A stretch of DNA of 63,437 nucleotides, the filler included. It is 13 parts of 13 records of this genome, joined end to end, with 100 filler letters (N's around TTAATTAATTAA, not from the genome) between each part and the next. Parts side by side here need not be neighbours in the genome. Positions count along the whole stretch, not along the records: positions 46,560 to 58,872 come from SRR7504441_10311; 12 more parts are not named here. One strand, 5' to 3'. Made by a program: the position numbers and the translations under genes. Each line of letters opens with the position of its first letter. Within the stretch, counting starts at the first letter, position 1. Positions 46,560-56,191 of this stretch are shown piece by piece. The notes under the pieces were generated by a model. It did not search any database and was not told where the DNA came from. It saw nothing but the letters and a program-made list of their open reading frames with translations.

Positions 46560-47073
46560 ACCCCTTGAGATCGACTGTGGCCTGCGCCTTTTTAGCAGTC
46601 GTCTCCCCAGAACTGGTGAAGTCATGCTGGACCGGGTGGCAGCCGTCGGCCAGGCCGCAGAACAGCATCTTGAGGTTGCAGTAGTTGGTCCCGAAGTCGC
46701 CCACCGAGGTCACTTGACTCTCGGAGCACGCCTCAATCTTGCAGCTCCCCCCGGCCGGGGTCAGGCTGAAGATCATCTTGTCAGTGTACTTGCCCGGGAA
46801 TGGCTGGGCGCCTCCGGTCGAGCTTGCAGTGGCCCGCGAGAAGGACATGGTGCCCCCGAGCTTCTCGTTGAAGTACGTGCCGTTGTTGTGCGGGTCATGC
46901 CAGACTGTATACTGCCCGTCCACCCGCGCGTGCGCCTCGGCCTCGACCACGGCGCAGGAGGCGTTGGCGGTGGCGGTGATCTCCATCCCGGCGTGGGTGA
47001 GGATAGCAGGGCTCCCTGGGCAGGTCATTGCGGCGGCAGCGGCCAGCGTGGAGATCAGGAGGGCCGAGCGCAT
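46560..47073 (-). CDS. Small secreted Cys-containing protein of unknown function, 3'-truncated
   Basis: Signal MRSALLISTLAAAAA; conserved-looking motifs DPHNNGTY, KYTDKM and CSESQVTSVGDFGTNYCN. Confidence 0.65.
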
Positions 47074-47141
47074 TGCTGACTTCGAATAACGGAATCCACG
47101 GCTCCGAGGCTGTTCTGCGCACGAACAGGCACCAGCGCGCG

Positions 47142-48980
47142 ATGTCACAATCTGCGTCTGACCCGGCAACCACGACTGCCCCGACTGCGAGTCCGACCAC
47201 CGGCGCTCCCATCCGCCGAATCCTGGTGATCTACACCGGCGGGACGATCGGGATGAAGCCGTCGGAGCGGGGCTACATCCCGGCCAAGGGCTACCTGCCC
47301 TCGGTGCTCCGCTCGCTCGCCATGTTCAGCGACAACCAGTTCGACCTGTCAGGGGTGCCCAGGCCGGACGGCTGCGACGCCCCGATGATCACCCCAGTCT
47401 CAGAGTACGGCGAGCGCAGCCTGTACGCGATCAGGGAGTACGCGCCGCTGCTAGACTCTAGCAATATGGACCAGACCCACTGGGCTCGGATCGCGCAGGA
47501 CATTCACCAGGCGTACGACGACTGGGACGCGTTTGTCGTGCTGCACGGGACGGACACAATGGCGTACACGGCGGCTGCACTCAGCTTCATGCTGCAGAAC
47601 ATCAATAAAACGGTGATATTAACCGGCTCGCAGATCCCGCTTTCTCGGCCGCGGAACGACGGGATCGGCAACCTGCTGGGGGCGCTGAACATCGCCGGGC
47701 ACTTTGACATCCCCGAGGTCTGTCTCTACTTTGGCAACTCTTTGCTGCGCGGCAATCGGGCGTTCAAGGCCAGCACGAGCGAGCTTGCTGCATTTGAGAG
47801 CCCCAACCTGCCACCGCTCGCCGTGACGGGGATCTCAACACGCGTCAACTGGAATCTAGTGCGGAAACCGCCGACGGAGCCGCATGCGTTCCATCCGGAG
47901 TTTTGCAACGACATTTCGATCCTGAGGATTTATCCTGGACCGTTCAACACAATCAGGAACATGCTGGCCCCGCCTCTCAAGGGCCTCGTGCTCCAGACGT
48001 TTGGTGCGGGCAACGCACCCGACTCCAACCAGGAGCTGATGTCAGCATTAAAGGAGGCCTCGGACAGAGGGGTGGTTATTGTGAATATCTCGCAATGCGG
48101 TCGGGGCGAGGTGGAGGCTCACTACGCTACTGGCGTGGCTCTCAAGGAGGCTGGGGTGGTGCCTGGCCTGGACATGACCACGGATGCTGCCGTAGTGAAA
48201 CTTGGCTGGCTGCTCGGTTCGAACCGATCCCCCGAAGAGGTGAGGCGCTTGATGCAAACCAATATGTGTGGCGAGCTGTCCGAGGCTGTGCAAAAGGTTC
48301 AGTTCAGCCTCAACAGCGAGGGCTTCCTGAGATCGGTTTATACCGCGCTAGTCGCCGGCAAAATGGAGTCCTCCGGGCAAGACACAAACGCGCAGATCCG
48401 TGAGGCGTTGATGCCTACACTGTGCTGCTCTGCTGCTGGCAAGGGGCTTTTGGAAGACCTCAAGAAAATGCTTTCGGATGGGAGCGCCGACGCCGCCTGC
48501 GCAGACTATGATTCTCGGACTCCGTTGCATTTAGCAGCAAGCGAGGGTCATGCCGATGTTGTGCAGTTCCTCCTCGAGGCACGGGCCAACCCAAGCGCTG
48601 TGGACCGTTTCGGCGGAACCCCGCTCCAGAATGCGGTTGACTGTGGCTCCAAAGACTGTCTTTTGCTCCTTCGCGATGCAGGAGCCGAATTTGCCCCGAA
48701 TTCTGAGATCGGTGGCCGACTCTGCAAGTTAGCAGCTGCAGGACACGCAGAAGCGCTGAGCTTGCACCATCTCGCTGGAGTTGACCTCAATACAGGCGAT
48801 TATGACCAAAGGACAGCCTTGCACTTGGCGGTTGCTGCTAAACAACTCGAGACTGTGAAGACGCTCATCAAGGCAGGTGCAGACCCCAGCCTCAAAGACG
48901 GGTTTGGAACCAGTGCGGTGGATGAAGCCGCCAAGCTCGCAGATCAAGCCATTATCGGGGCCTTGGAACCTCTCCAATAG
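47142..48980 (+). CDS. ASPG: Type I L-asparaginase / 60-kDa lysophospholipase with ankyrin repeats
   Basis: ILVIYTGGTIGM, PLLDSSNM, FVVLHGTDTMAY and ILTGSQIP; C-terminal DYDSRTPLHLAA and DYDQRTALHLA ankyrins. The ATG at 47142 is the likely start. Confidence 0.93.
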   Translation: MSQSASDPATTTAPTASPTTGAPIRRILVIYTGGTIGMKPSERGYIPAKGYLPSVLRSLAMFSDNQFDLSGVPRPDGCDAPMITPVSEYGERSLYAIREYAPLLDSSNMDQTHWARIAQDIHQAYDDWDAFVVLHGTDTMAYTAAALSFMLQNINKTVILTGSQIPLSRPRNDGIGNLLGALNIAGHFDIPEVCLYFGNSLLRGNRAFKASTSELAAFESPNLPPLAVTGISTRVNWNLVRKPPTEPHAFHPEFCNDISILRIYPGPFNTIRNMLAPPLKGLVLQTFGAGNAPDSNQELMSALKEASDRGVVIVNISQCGRGEVEAHYATGVALKEAGVVPGLDMTTDAAVVKLGWLLGSNRSPEEVRRLMQTNMCGELSEAVQKVQFSLNSEGFLRSVYTALVAGKMESSGQDTNAQIREALMPTLCCSAAGKGLLEDLKKMLSDGSADAACADYDSRTPLHLAASEGHADVVQFLLEARANPSAVDRFGGTPLQNAVDCGSKDCLLLLRDAGAEFAPNSEIGGRLCKLAAAGHAEALSLHHLAGVDLNTGDYDQRTALHLAVAAKQLETVKTLIKAGADPSLKDGFGTSAVDEAAKLADQAIIGALEPLQ

Positions 48981-49173
48981 TCACAACGAGGTATGGCATT
49001 GTATAGGCATTGTACAAGCTTAGAACGTTCATGATTGTGCTAAACTGTTGATTAGTGAGTGTAACGGCTAGTGAAGCGGCTAGTAACAGAATTCATTTAC
49101 TCACAATCAATTAGATCGGTCAGCAAAAAAGACAAGGCTAGAGACGGTGTTTATACGTACCGTACTGAATTAT

Positions 49174-50063
49174 TCAACGAGGTGGGATGGGCTTTGGTAT
49201 CATTTCGGGTGGCAATCTGCGCCATTGTTCCTCCCGTGGGAGAAAGAATGACTCGTACTTGTTATTGAGCTTTTCGGTCCGCTTGTTGATCTCTTTCAGC
49301 TTGGCTCTAATCTGCACAGGGTCTATCTCGCCCTCTCTCGGCTGCCGACGCAATGACTCCCGTTTACGTTCCATGAGCACCGCGTAGTCCCCACCGCTAA
49401 GTACCTTCCTCCTCTGTCTCACATCCTGCTCCCAATCCATTCGGTTCCGCTCAAACCCGGCCTTAGATTCGGCTGCCCGCTGGCTCCGCCTGCGCTGGGC
49501 GCTCCGGGCCCGCGCAGCTGCATACTGCCGGCTGGCGCGTGTGGCCTCTGTTTTGGCCCTATGCTCCTCGAACATAGCCTCAGTCCGCCGCCGCAGCTGC
49601 TCGGCCGCCACTGCTGCCGCCGAGTCCACGGGGAACCCGGACTGCAAAAAGCTGTTGAGCTTTCGCAGCCCGGCTGGCGTGGGCGGCGGCTTGGCCGGCG
49701 GCAGGCTCTGGAGCGGCCTCTTGCGGCAGGCCGGGCAGAACTCGGCGTTGACCGCGGCGAGCGGCAGGTGCAGCTGCCGGCTGGGCTGGCAGCGGTGCTC
49801 TTGCTGCTCGACGATCAAGTAGCACTGGGCGTGCAGCTGTCCGAACCCCGGGATGATCGGGTTTTGGCAGACCCGGCACACAGGATACTCCCCGCCTACC
49901 TGCATCAGCCGGTCTGCCTGCCCGGTGGGCCAAGCACTAGGTGTTCAGAGAGAGCCGCGCGACCTGGCCGGCAGCACGCTGTCACCGGCTGACCGTGGTG
50001 CCCGAAACAGATCCGAAACGGACAGGAAAGCTTTGGAGTCTGGATCGATGCCTCACCTCGCAT
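49174..50063 (-). CDS. Hypothetical protein with CxxC motifs and a basic coiled-coil tail; 5' exons uncertain
   Basis: ORF 49174..49905 has CRVCQ/HAQC/CPAC and an R/E-rich helix. A candidate upstream ATG lies near 50063. Confidence 0.45.
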
Positions 50064-50191
50064 GTTTCGACTATAGGCGAGGATCAAGGCGGCGTAAGCC
50101 GACGGTCTACAAGCGCTGCTGACAGAGTCAGTCATAGAAGAAACGCGCTCGCCAGTTAACCCTATTGTGATAAAGTCTATACGTGGCGCGC

Positions 50192-52954
50192 CTACATGTA
50201 AGCTTTCGGTGCGATCGAGACGTCATCAATCCAGACTGTCGAGCCCAAGTTTTGGCAGCCACCACACATGCTCAAGTGACCGGGTGCAAACATGAGCTGC
50301 GGTGCCTGCGCGATGGGAGCTTTTCCAGCCGACACAGCGGGCACATGGAATGAGGTATGCAACTGCGACCACGTTCGTGCGGCAGTCCCAATGAGAGGGT
50401 AAGCAGCAATCGACGTGCTGTTTGCCAGGGCTCCGAATGTGAAGTACACTCCGGCGCCAATGGGCGAGCTTCGCACCCAGAGAAACAGGTCGTACGTCAC
50501 CCCAGGTTGCAACGGACCCGGCGCGTGCTTGGTAAGCACGGGGATAGGGATCCACACAGGCACGGTAGTGGGCAGCAAGATCTTGAGAGAGTAACGCCCG
50601 CTCTTGGGGTCAGCCGGATCCGAAGCGATGCGTGTGCGGTCGTCATTTGTGGCGCAGCAGCCATGCTTCATGTACGCCATCTGCCAGCCATCGCAGCAGA
50701 CTGCGCCGAGCCCACCAGGGCGCGCTGAACCGTCGTTGGCGCCTGCAGATAGCGAGACGAATTCGAAGCCGCCGTTGAGGACGAGGCAGTTAGACTTGCC
50801 AAAGGGGTGGCCTGGTCGGGCGAGAGAACCCGGAGTCTTTGAGTCAGTCACTACCGTGCAGTTGTGATCGTGCACATAGCAGCCCAGACGATAGACATTT
50901 GTGGCCGCTGCATCTACGATGTCGGTGAAGGACCAGTTGCCGCTGGTGGCGTTGCGTGTGATGTTCACAGGGTAGTTGGCATTGAAGATGCGCTGCAGGG
51001 GGTAGCACTCCCCTGGCTGGTTGCACGAGCCAGGCCAGGCGATATCTGCCAAAACCGGTGGCAAATCAAGCCCTGAGATCTCTGAATGTATGGTCGCTGG
51101 CAGCTCCTTGCCATTTGCAACGACGATAGTATAGCAGAACGCATCGCCAGGGGCGTCGATCTGATGCTCTTCACGGAAAATACGGCTCGCCACCGTGGCT
51201 GGTTGCTTTGGCACCACCAATGGGTTCAACACGTGCGTAGTGATCGCTGCAGTGTTGTTGAGCAGATTAGCAGAAGAGAAGAGGGCAGGCACGAGCTCCG
51301 AGGCCTCAGCGCCAAACCAAGCGATCTCGGTGTCGGTATGCCTGTTTGTATATTGGCCTTGCCCGCCACCTCCACACATATCGAATGCGTTGATCATCAT
51401 GGTTGCACCGATTAGCGAAGAATAGCTGTGGGTCCGCAGCCCGTGGACAGAGAAAGCTCCTGGGAGAGGCATGTTCATCATCGGCGTGTAGGTCATCGGG
51501 TAAGTGTTGATCGACTTAAACGTGTCCATCCCGCCTCCGTATGCCTCAGCCATGGTCACATCCAGTCCGAGCCCGGAGCTGCCCCACGCGTCCTTCCACA
51601 TCCACATCACTCTGCACGCCACGGTACCGAAAATGAGGTGATATGGGTCATGCTTTCGAATGATGGAATGGATCTTAGCCAGCGCATAGAACTGAACCGG
51701 TCCATATTGCTGAACCACCCCTGGATGGCAGCAGTCATCGCAGCCGTACCAGCCCGCAACCGCCGGATGATCCTGGATCAGACTAAGGTTCCCCAAGGTC
51801 CATTTCTCCCAATCAGCTGCTGTGGTCCAATTGGCCTGGCTCACTGGGATGCCAGCGATCGCGTTAGCCCACGTTTGAATGGGCAGGTTGGCAATTAGCG
51901 AGATCCCTGCAGCATGCGCCGCATCCGCCACGAACCTCCACTCCAGCAGCGCCTCAGCCTCTGCCTGCTCGCTCCACGCAGCACCGCTCACATAGCTGCC
52001 GCCGACCCTCACCATATTGATCCCCATTTTGCCCCATTCCGAGAGGAGCGAGGCCTGGCGCAGGCACGAATCCGACACGGTAAAGCCTTTACCGGACTGG
52101 ATGTACGGGATGTACGCGTTCGGCGGCAGCCCGGAACCGACGCCCTGCATCCCTCCGGCCCCAAACCAGCCCACTCCGAAGAAGCGCTTGCTGTCTACCC
52201 GTAGCCCAGAGCGCGTATGGTCGACCTGCCAGATGGTGGCGGCGCTGCCTGCCCTGGGCGGAGGTGCACGGAGGAAGAGCCGGCTGTGATTGAAGACTAT
52301 CCCGGATTTGGTTGTCACTGTGATAACAACTAGCTCATCCACAGAGCTCGGAAGTCCAGAAAGCGGGAAGCGCACCAGCGAGCCCACCCCCGGGGCGGCC
52401 ATGCCCGTGACCACTGTGGAGCCGTTTATGATGGCGTGCACCATCGCCGGTCCGACCGAGTAGTCTAGGGTGACTACGATCGAACCGACCGACTCCTCGA
52501 CGTACGGTCGGTACCCAAAGTCGACTGTCGCCCCAACAAAGTGCTCGAAGGAGGCGTGCGCGTGCCCGGCAATGCAGGTGCCGTCTTGCAGCGACAGGCA
52601 CGCGGAGGTGTTGCCCGGGGTGGCCACGCGCGGCAGCCTGCCCACCAGCCCCGAGGAGAGCGGCACCACCTCGAAGTCATAGCTCTGATTCTTCTTAAAA
52701 TTGTCCCCGATCGGCGGCAGCCGCAGGGCCCAGTTGGCATAGCAGTTGAGCCCGTCGTCCCCCGGGCTGGTTGTCCGGCCGGCGAAGCAGCTCCCAGTGG
52801 TGTCCCGCCGGAGCGTAAGGAATAGCGGGCCGGAGGGCAGCTGGCCCGCGCCTGTCACGGCAACCGGGACCTCGAGGTCGATCGGGTACCGAGCCCGATC
52901 GAGCGTGATGGCCAGCGCATGCGGTGCAAGCAGGAGGGGCAGCCACCCGAGCAT
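50192..52954 (-). CDS. Secreted glycoside-hydrolase-like protein (TIM-barrel-like core plus CBM4/9-like C-terminal beta-sandwich)
   Basis: Signal MLGWLPLLLAPHALA; LRVDSKRFFGVGWF, MGINMVR and HPAVAGWYGCDD..IIRKHDPYHL; C-terminal VLNGGFE..SGRYSLKI..VWIDDVSI. Confidence 0.6.
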   Translation of the reverse strand: MLGWLPLLLAPHALAITLDRARYPIDLEVPVAVTGAGQLPSGPLFLTLRRDTTGSCFAGRTTSPGDDGLNCYANWALRLPPIGDNFKKNQSYDFEVVPLSSGLVGRLPRVATPGNTSACLSLQDGTCIAGHAHASFEHFVGATVDFGYRPYVEESVGSIVVTLDYSVGPAMVHAIINGSTVVTGMAAPGVGSLVRFPLSGLPSSVDELVVITVTTKSGIVFNHSRLFLRAPPPRAGSAATIWQVDHTRSGLRVDSKRFFGVGWFGAGGMQGVGSGLPPNAYIPYIQSGKGFTVSDSCLRQASLLSEWGKMGINMVRVGGSYVSGAAWSEQAEAEALLEWRFVADAAHAAGISLIANLPIQTWANAIAGIPVSQANWTTAADWEKWTLGNLSLIQDHPAVAGWYGCDDCCHPGVVQQYGPVQFYALAKIHSIIRKHDPYHLIFGTVACRVMWMWKDAWGSSGLGLDVTMAEAYGGGMDTFKSINTYPMTYTPMMNMPLPGAFSVHGLRTHSYSSLIGATMMINAFDMCGGGGQGQYTNRHTDTEIAWFGAEASELVPALFSSANLLNNTAAITTHVLNPLVVPKQPATVASRIFREEHQIDAPGDAFCYTIVVANGKELPATIHSEISGLDLPPVLADIAWPGSCNQPGECYPLQRIFNANYPVNITRNATSGNWSFTDIVDAAATNVYRLGCYVHDHNCTVVTDSKTPGSLARPGHPFGKSNCLVLNGGFEFVSLSAGANDGSARPGGLGAVCCDGWQMAYMKHGCCATNDDRTRIASDPADPKSGRYSLKILLPTTVPVWIPIPVLTKHAPGPLQPGVTYDLFLWVRSSPIGAGVYFTFGALANSTSIAAYPLIGTAARTWSQLHTSFHVPAVSAGKAPIAQAPQLMFAPGHLSMCGGCQNLGSTVWIDDVSIAPKAYM

Positions 52955-53050
52955 TTGCCGAGCTCCAGCCCAGCTGCAGCGTAACGGCAATCAGGCAGGC
53001 ACCGCCACGCGCGCCAGGAGACAGGACGCGAGGCGGCTGCGGGCGGCTCG

Positions 53051-53416
53051 ATGTCCAAAAAGAACCGGAAGAGCACCAAGCGGCGGGCGCACGCGTTTCT
53101 GATCGAGGCGGGTCGGCTGGCCGGCGGCTGCGTGAACCGAGGCAGGAGGAGCGGGCAGCCGAGAAGAAGAGGAACGAGCGTCTGCAGAAGAACATGCAGG
53201 TGGGCCTGCTGTGCCTGCGGGGCTGACCGGCGGGTCCAGAAGCGGCAGGCGGAGCAGGAGAAGTTGGGCAGCGCGATGGACACCGGCGAGAGTGGTGGCT
53301 GGGCCGACAGTTGTGGGCGAGCGGGGGCAGGGCCGGTGCGGACCAACCGCAAATCCAAACGGAAAGCGCGCCAGCACGATCCGATGGGCAAGAACGCCAT
53401 GCAGGTGGACAAGTGA
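53051..53416 (+). CDS. Small basic protein (about 80 aa) with 3 short introns
   Basis: MSKKNRKSTKRRAHAF..; removing three 38-41-nt introns (the first GC-AG) gives a continuous K/R/E-rich peptide ending AMQVDK. Confidence 0.55.
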   Translation: MSKKNRKSTKRRAHAFLIEAGRLAGGCVNRGRRSGQPRRRGTSVCRRTCRWACCACGADRRVQKRQAEQEKLGSAMDTGESGGWADSCGRAGAGPVRTNRKSKRKARQHDPMGKNAMQVDK

Positions 53417-53556
53417 TTAGCCGCGGGGCAGGACAGCTATAGTATCGTAAAGGCCTATAAAGACGTGTAATATAATAATGCAGGATGGTTTCCACAGCGT
53501 TTTCTATACATAGTCACCCACCCAATCTGTTCCAACCGAACAGTACCCTAGGCGAC

Positions 53557-54436
53557 TCAGGCTTGATCCTCCGGGCTGAACCACCCGTTGGCGTGGTCAA
53601 TCTTGATCCCGTCGGACTGCTTGGGCGGCTCAACCACCTCGGGAGCGCTGGCCGCAGCAGGCTCCTCCTCGTCCTCCTCCTCGTCGTCGCCGGCGGCCTT
53701 GAGTGTGGCCACCATCTCGAGCAGCAGCTTGACCAGCTTGTCGTTGGCCAGCTGCTTACTCTCGGGCTCCGGCTCCAGCTGTTCAATCACCTGCAGGCAG
53801 CCGCTCCCCCCCCCACCCCCCACACTAGGCGGCACCCCGAGCACGATCACAGACGGGAAGCCGGGGTCGCTCCCGCGCATGACCTTGATGAACTCGGGCA
53901 GCGCGGTCTGCTTGCCCGGCGGGAAGCAAATCTCCAGGTGGGCCCGGACCTTGCCTTCGTCCAGCTCCAAGACCGACACCCGATCGCCGGCCGGGGCGGG
54001 TACCCCAGCCGGTCCTTGCTGGATCAAGCTGACAACCGGCTAACCCGCGCGCCCCGGGCCCGGGCCACCTGGTGAGCGCCGGGAGGAACTCATTGTACTC
54101 GATCTTGCCGTTCTTATCCGCGTCCGCCGACTCAATAGCCGTTAGAATCTGCGGCCAATGGGCTCGGCAGATCTCGGGCCCGGACCTGCGAGTCGCTCAG
54201 CTTGAAGCCGCAGTCGTCCAGCAGCACGGCCATCTCCTTGGCGTCCAGCGAGCCTGCGCGTCCCTCGAGCCCGCCAACCGGGCTCGGCCGGCACCGTCGC
54301 CGTTCTTGTCGCCGATGGCGAAGAGTTGGGTCAGATAGTCTTTCAGCATTTCAGGCGGGACCTGGGAGGGGTCGGGCAAAGCTTGGTCCTTGCCCTCCTC
54401 GGGGGGCGAAGCTTCGGTGTCGCACATACATCCCAT
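53557..54436 (-). CDS. Dual-acylated EF-hand Ca2+-binding protein, multi-exon
   Basis: MGCMC myristoyl/palmitoyl-type start; EF-hands GDKNGDG|TLDAKE and ADADKNGKIEYNEF; acidic tail. Confidence 0.75.
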
Positions 54437-54480
54437 CTCGAAGGGCTTACAGCTCCGACTTGACCGTTAACAACGGCATT
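54413..54480. repeat. Copy A of a degenerate direct repeat (start codon region and promoter of the EF-hand gene)
   Basis: Blocks TTCGGTGTCGCACATA, CATCCCATCTCGAAG and GACCGTTAACAACGGCATT recur at 56063-56150. Confidence 0.92.
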
Positions 54481-54552
54481 TTCCACAACGGCTTCATCTC
54501 GCTGGGCCTCCGGCGTGCACAGTAGTAGCGGGTACGCTTCCGTCTGCATACC

Positions 54553-56022
54553 ATGGAACAGCCTCTCTCCTGGCTGCTATTCTGCCTTCCGTTGGTTGTG
54601 GCTGTACCAGCTACAGCACAGCATACGTCGTATCCCAAGTGGCCGCCACACACAGTCCATCCGACTGGTTTCCCCGCCGTCCCCCGCATGGCTCCGGCAC
54701 AAATCAGAGCGATAAAAGAGATCTCAAAGCACGCGCACATTGCGTCAGCTCGTGCTACTCCAGCACTGCTTGCGCTGCTAGACTCGGATGCGCTTCGGGA
54801 TAAGCTGCGCCGCTGCTGCTCATCCAGCGGCATCGCCCAGTGGTCTGCAGCCGAGTTGCTCACAGAACTGCGAGCCAACTTTTACTCGGCTGAACTGATG
54901 CACTCCTTTGATGGCGAGGTCAACATCTGGGATACGGACATGACTGTCTCGATTGGGCTGCATAATGCGAGCTACTTTGGCAACGCCTGGATGCTCCGGT
55001 TCCTCGGCTATGGACGAGACCCGACAAGCAGCTTCTACGGGCACCCACGGAGCCCAAATGACGCCGCGGAGGAGGGCATATTCAAGTTAGAGCCGTTTAG
55101 TGGACGGTACGATCTGCCTACAACCTATGCAGCAGCGCACGCGCGGCTCAATTACGTGACCCTGAACATGCTGCGCCTGGATAAGCACCCGAGCTTTGGG
55201 AACGTGTCCGCTGTGTTCTCGCCCTCGTACTGGCGAGATGCCGTGGCTGCATCTCCCGTTGATTCCGGGTATGCTACAGAGGAGTGTAACCAAACCTATC
55301 GGAATACCCCGCACGCAGGCATTGTGGGGACTGATTACTTTGCATGCAACACAAGCAATGTCACCGCTGGAGTGGCGGGGGCGATCGATCATGTGCTTTT
55401 GAGCAACGCGCTGCTTTGGAGCAAATCTCGTGACACTCTCGCTGCAATGTTTGCGCGTTGGTATGGTGATGGCGAGGCATGGACAAACATCACTGATGCT
55501 GGGGCAGAGGCCTATATCGAGGCAGATGTGCTAGCAACTGTGCACTACGATGCACACGGGGTAAAGCTGTTGATTGGATCTCTACCAGTGCTGTTCGGCA
55601 CTCAGAAAGGCTTGGAGCTGCAGATGTGGGCCATTCGCGAGAAGATCGCCCTGGCTTGGGCTTTGGGGAACGGCATGCGGTTCATCGCTAACTCGAGCGA
55701 TGCGTTCCGTGGCGACCAGCGCCTGCTGGATGGAATGGTGGCACCTTATGTCAATCTGAATCTGAATATACCACCGTCATCAGTTCCAGGGTTTTATCAA
55801 ATCTGGCATGCGGCTCAAAGTCTTCGCAATGCAAGTTCCGATGGAAACTTGTCTGAGCATCAAGCTTGGACTATCTGGGCGCAACTGCAGCAACAGTTTG
55901 GACCCCTCATGCTCAGCATTCCAGCCCCTGGTGATTGCCAAGACTGGAACCTTTGCTTAGGAGTGGGCGGTAGCAATGATACACGGAGCTCCGACAACCC
56001 TTGCATTTGTTACAATTCGTGA
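54553..56022 (+). CDS. Secreted intronless protein, DUF3626-like
   Basis: Signal MEQPLSWLLFCLPLVVAVPATA; motifs MHSF, RLNYVTLN..PSFGNVSAVF..PVDSG and YIEADV..GVKLLI. The family resemblance is from memory only. Confidence 0.6.
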   Translation: MEQPLSWLLFCLPLVVAVPATAQHTSYPKWPPHTVHPTGFPAVPRMAPAQIRAIKEISKHAHIASARATPALLALLDSDALRDKLRRCCSSSGIAQWSAAELLTELRANFYSAELMHSFDGEVNIWDTDMTVSIGLHNASYFGNAWMLRFLGYGRDPTSSFYGHPRSPNDAAEEGIFKLEPFSGRYDLPTTYAAAHARLNYVTLNMLRLDKHPSFGNVSAVFSPSYWRDAVAASPVDSGYATEECNQTYRNTPHAGIVGTDYFACNTSNVTAGVAGAIDHVLLSNALLWSKSRDTLAAMFARWYGDGEAWTNITDAGAEAYIEADVLATVHYDAHGVKLLIGSLPVLFGTQKGLELQMWAIREKIALAWALGNGMRFIANSSDAFRGDQRLLDGMVAPYVNLNLNIPPSSVPGFYQIWHAAQSLRNASSDGNLSEHQAWTIWAQLQQQFGPLMLSIPAPGDCQDWNLCLGVGGSNDTRSSDNPCICYNS

Positions 56023-56062
56023 TCACTAATCAATTGAACCAAGACTTGTGTTCTCCCGGTCT

Positions 56063-56150
56063 TTCGGTGTCGCACATAGACTCTACATCCCATCTCGAAG
56101 AAGGAAGGCTTCGACAGTCGATCACCCAATCGACCGTTGACAACGGCATT
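56063..56150. repeat. Copy B of the degenerate direct repeat (frameshifted relic of the EF-hand gene 5' end plus promoter)
   Basis: Same three blocks as 54413-54480, with a 7-nt insertion GACTCTA and one substitution in the third block. Confidence 0.92.
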
Positions 56151-56191
56151 CACTAACGATCTCGCTGTCCCCCGGAGCACTCAATCGCACC

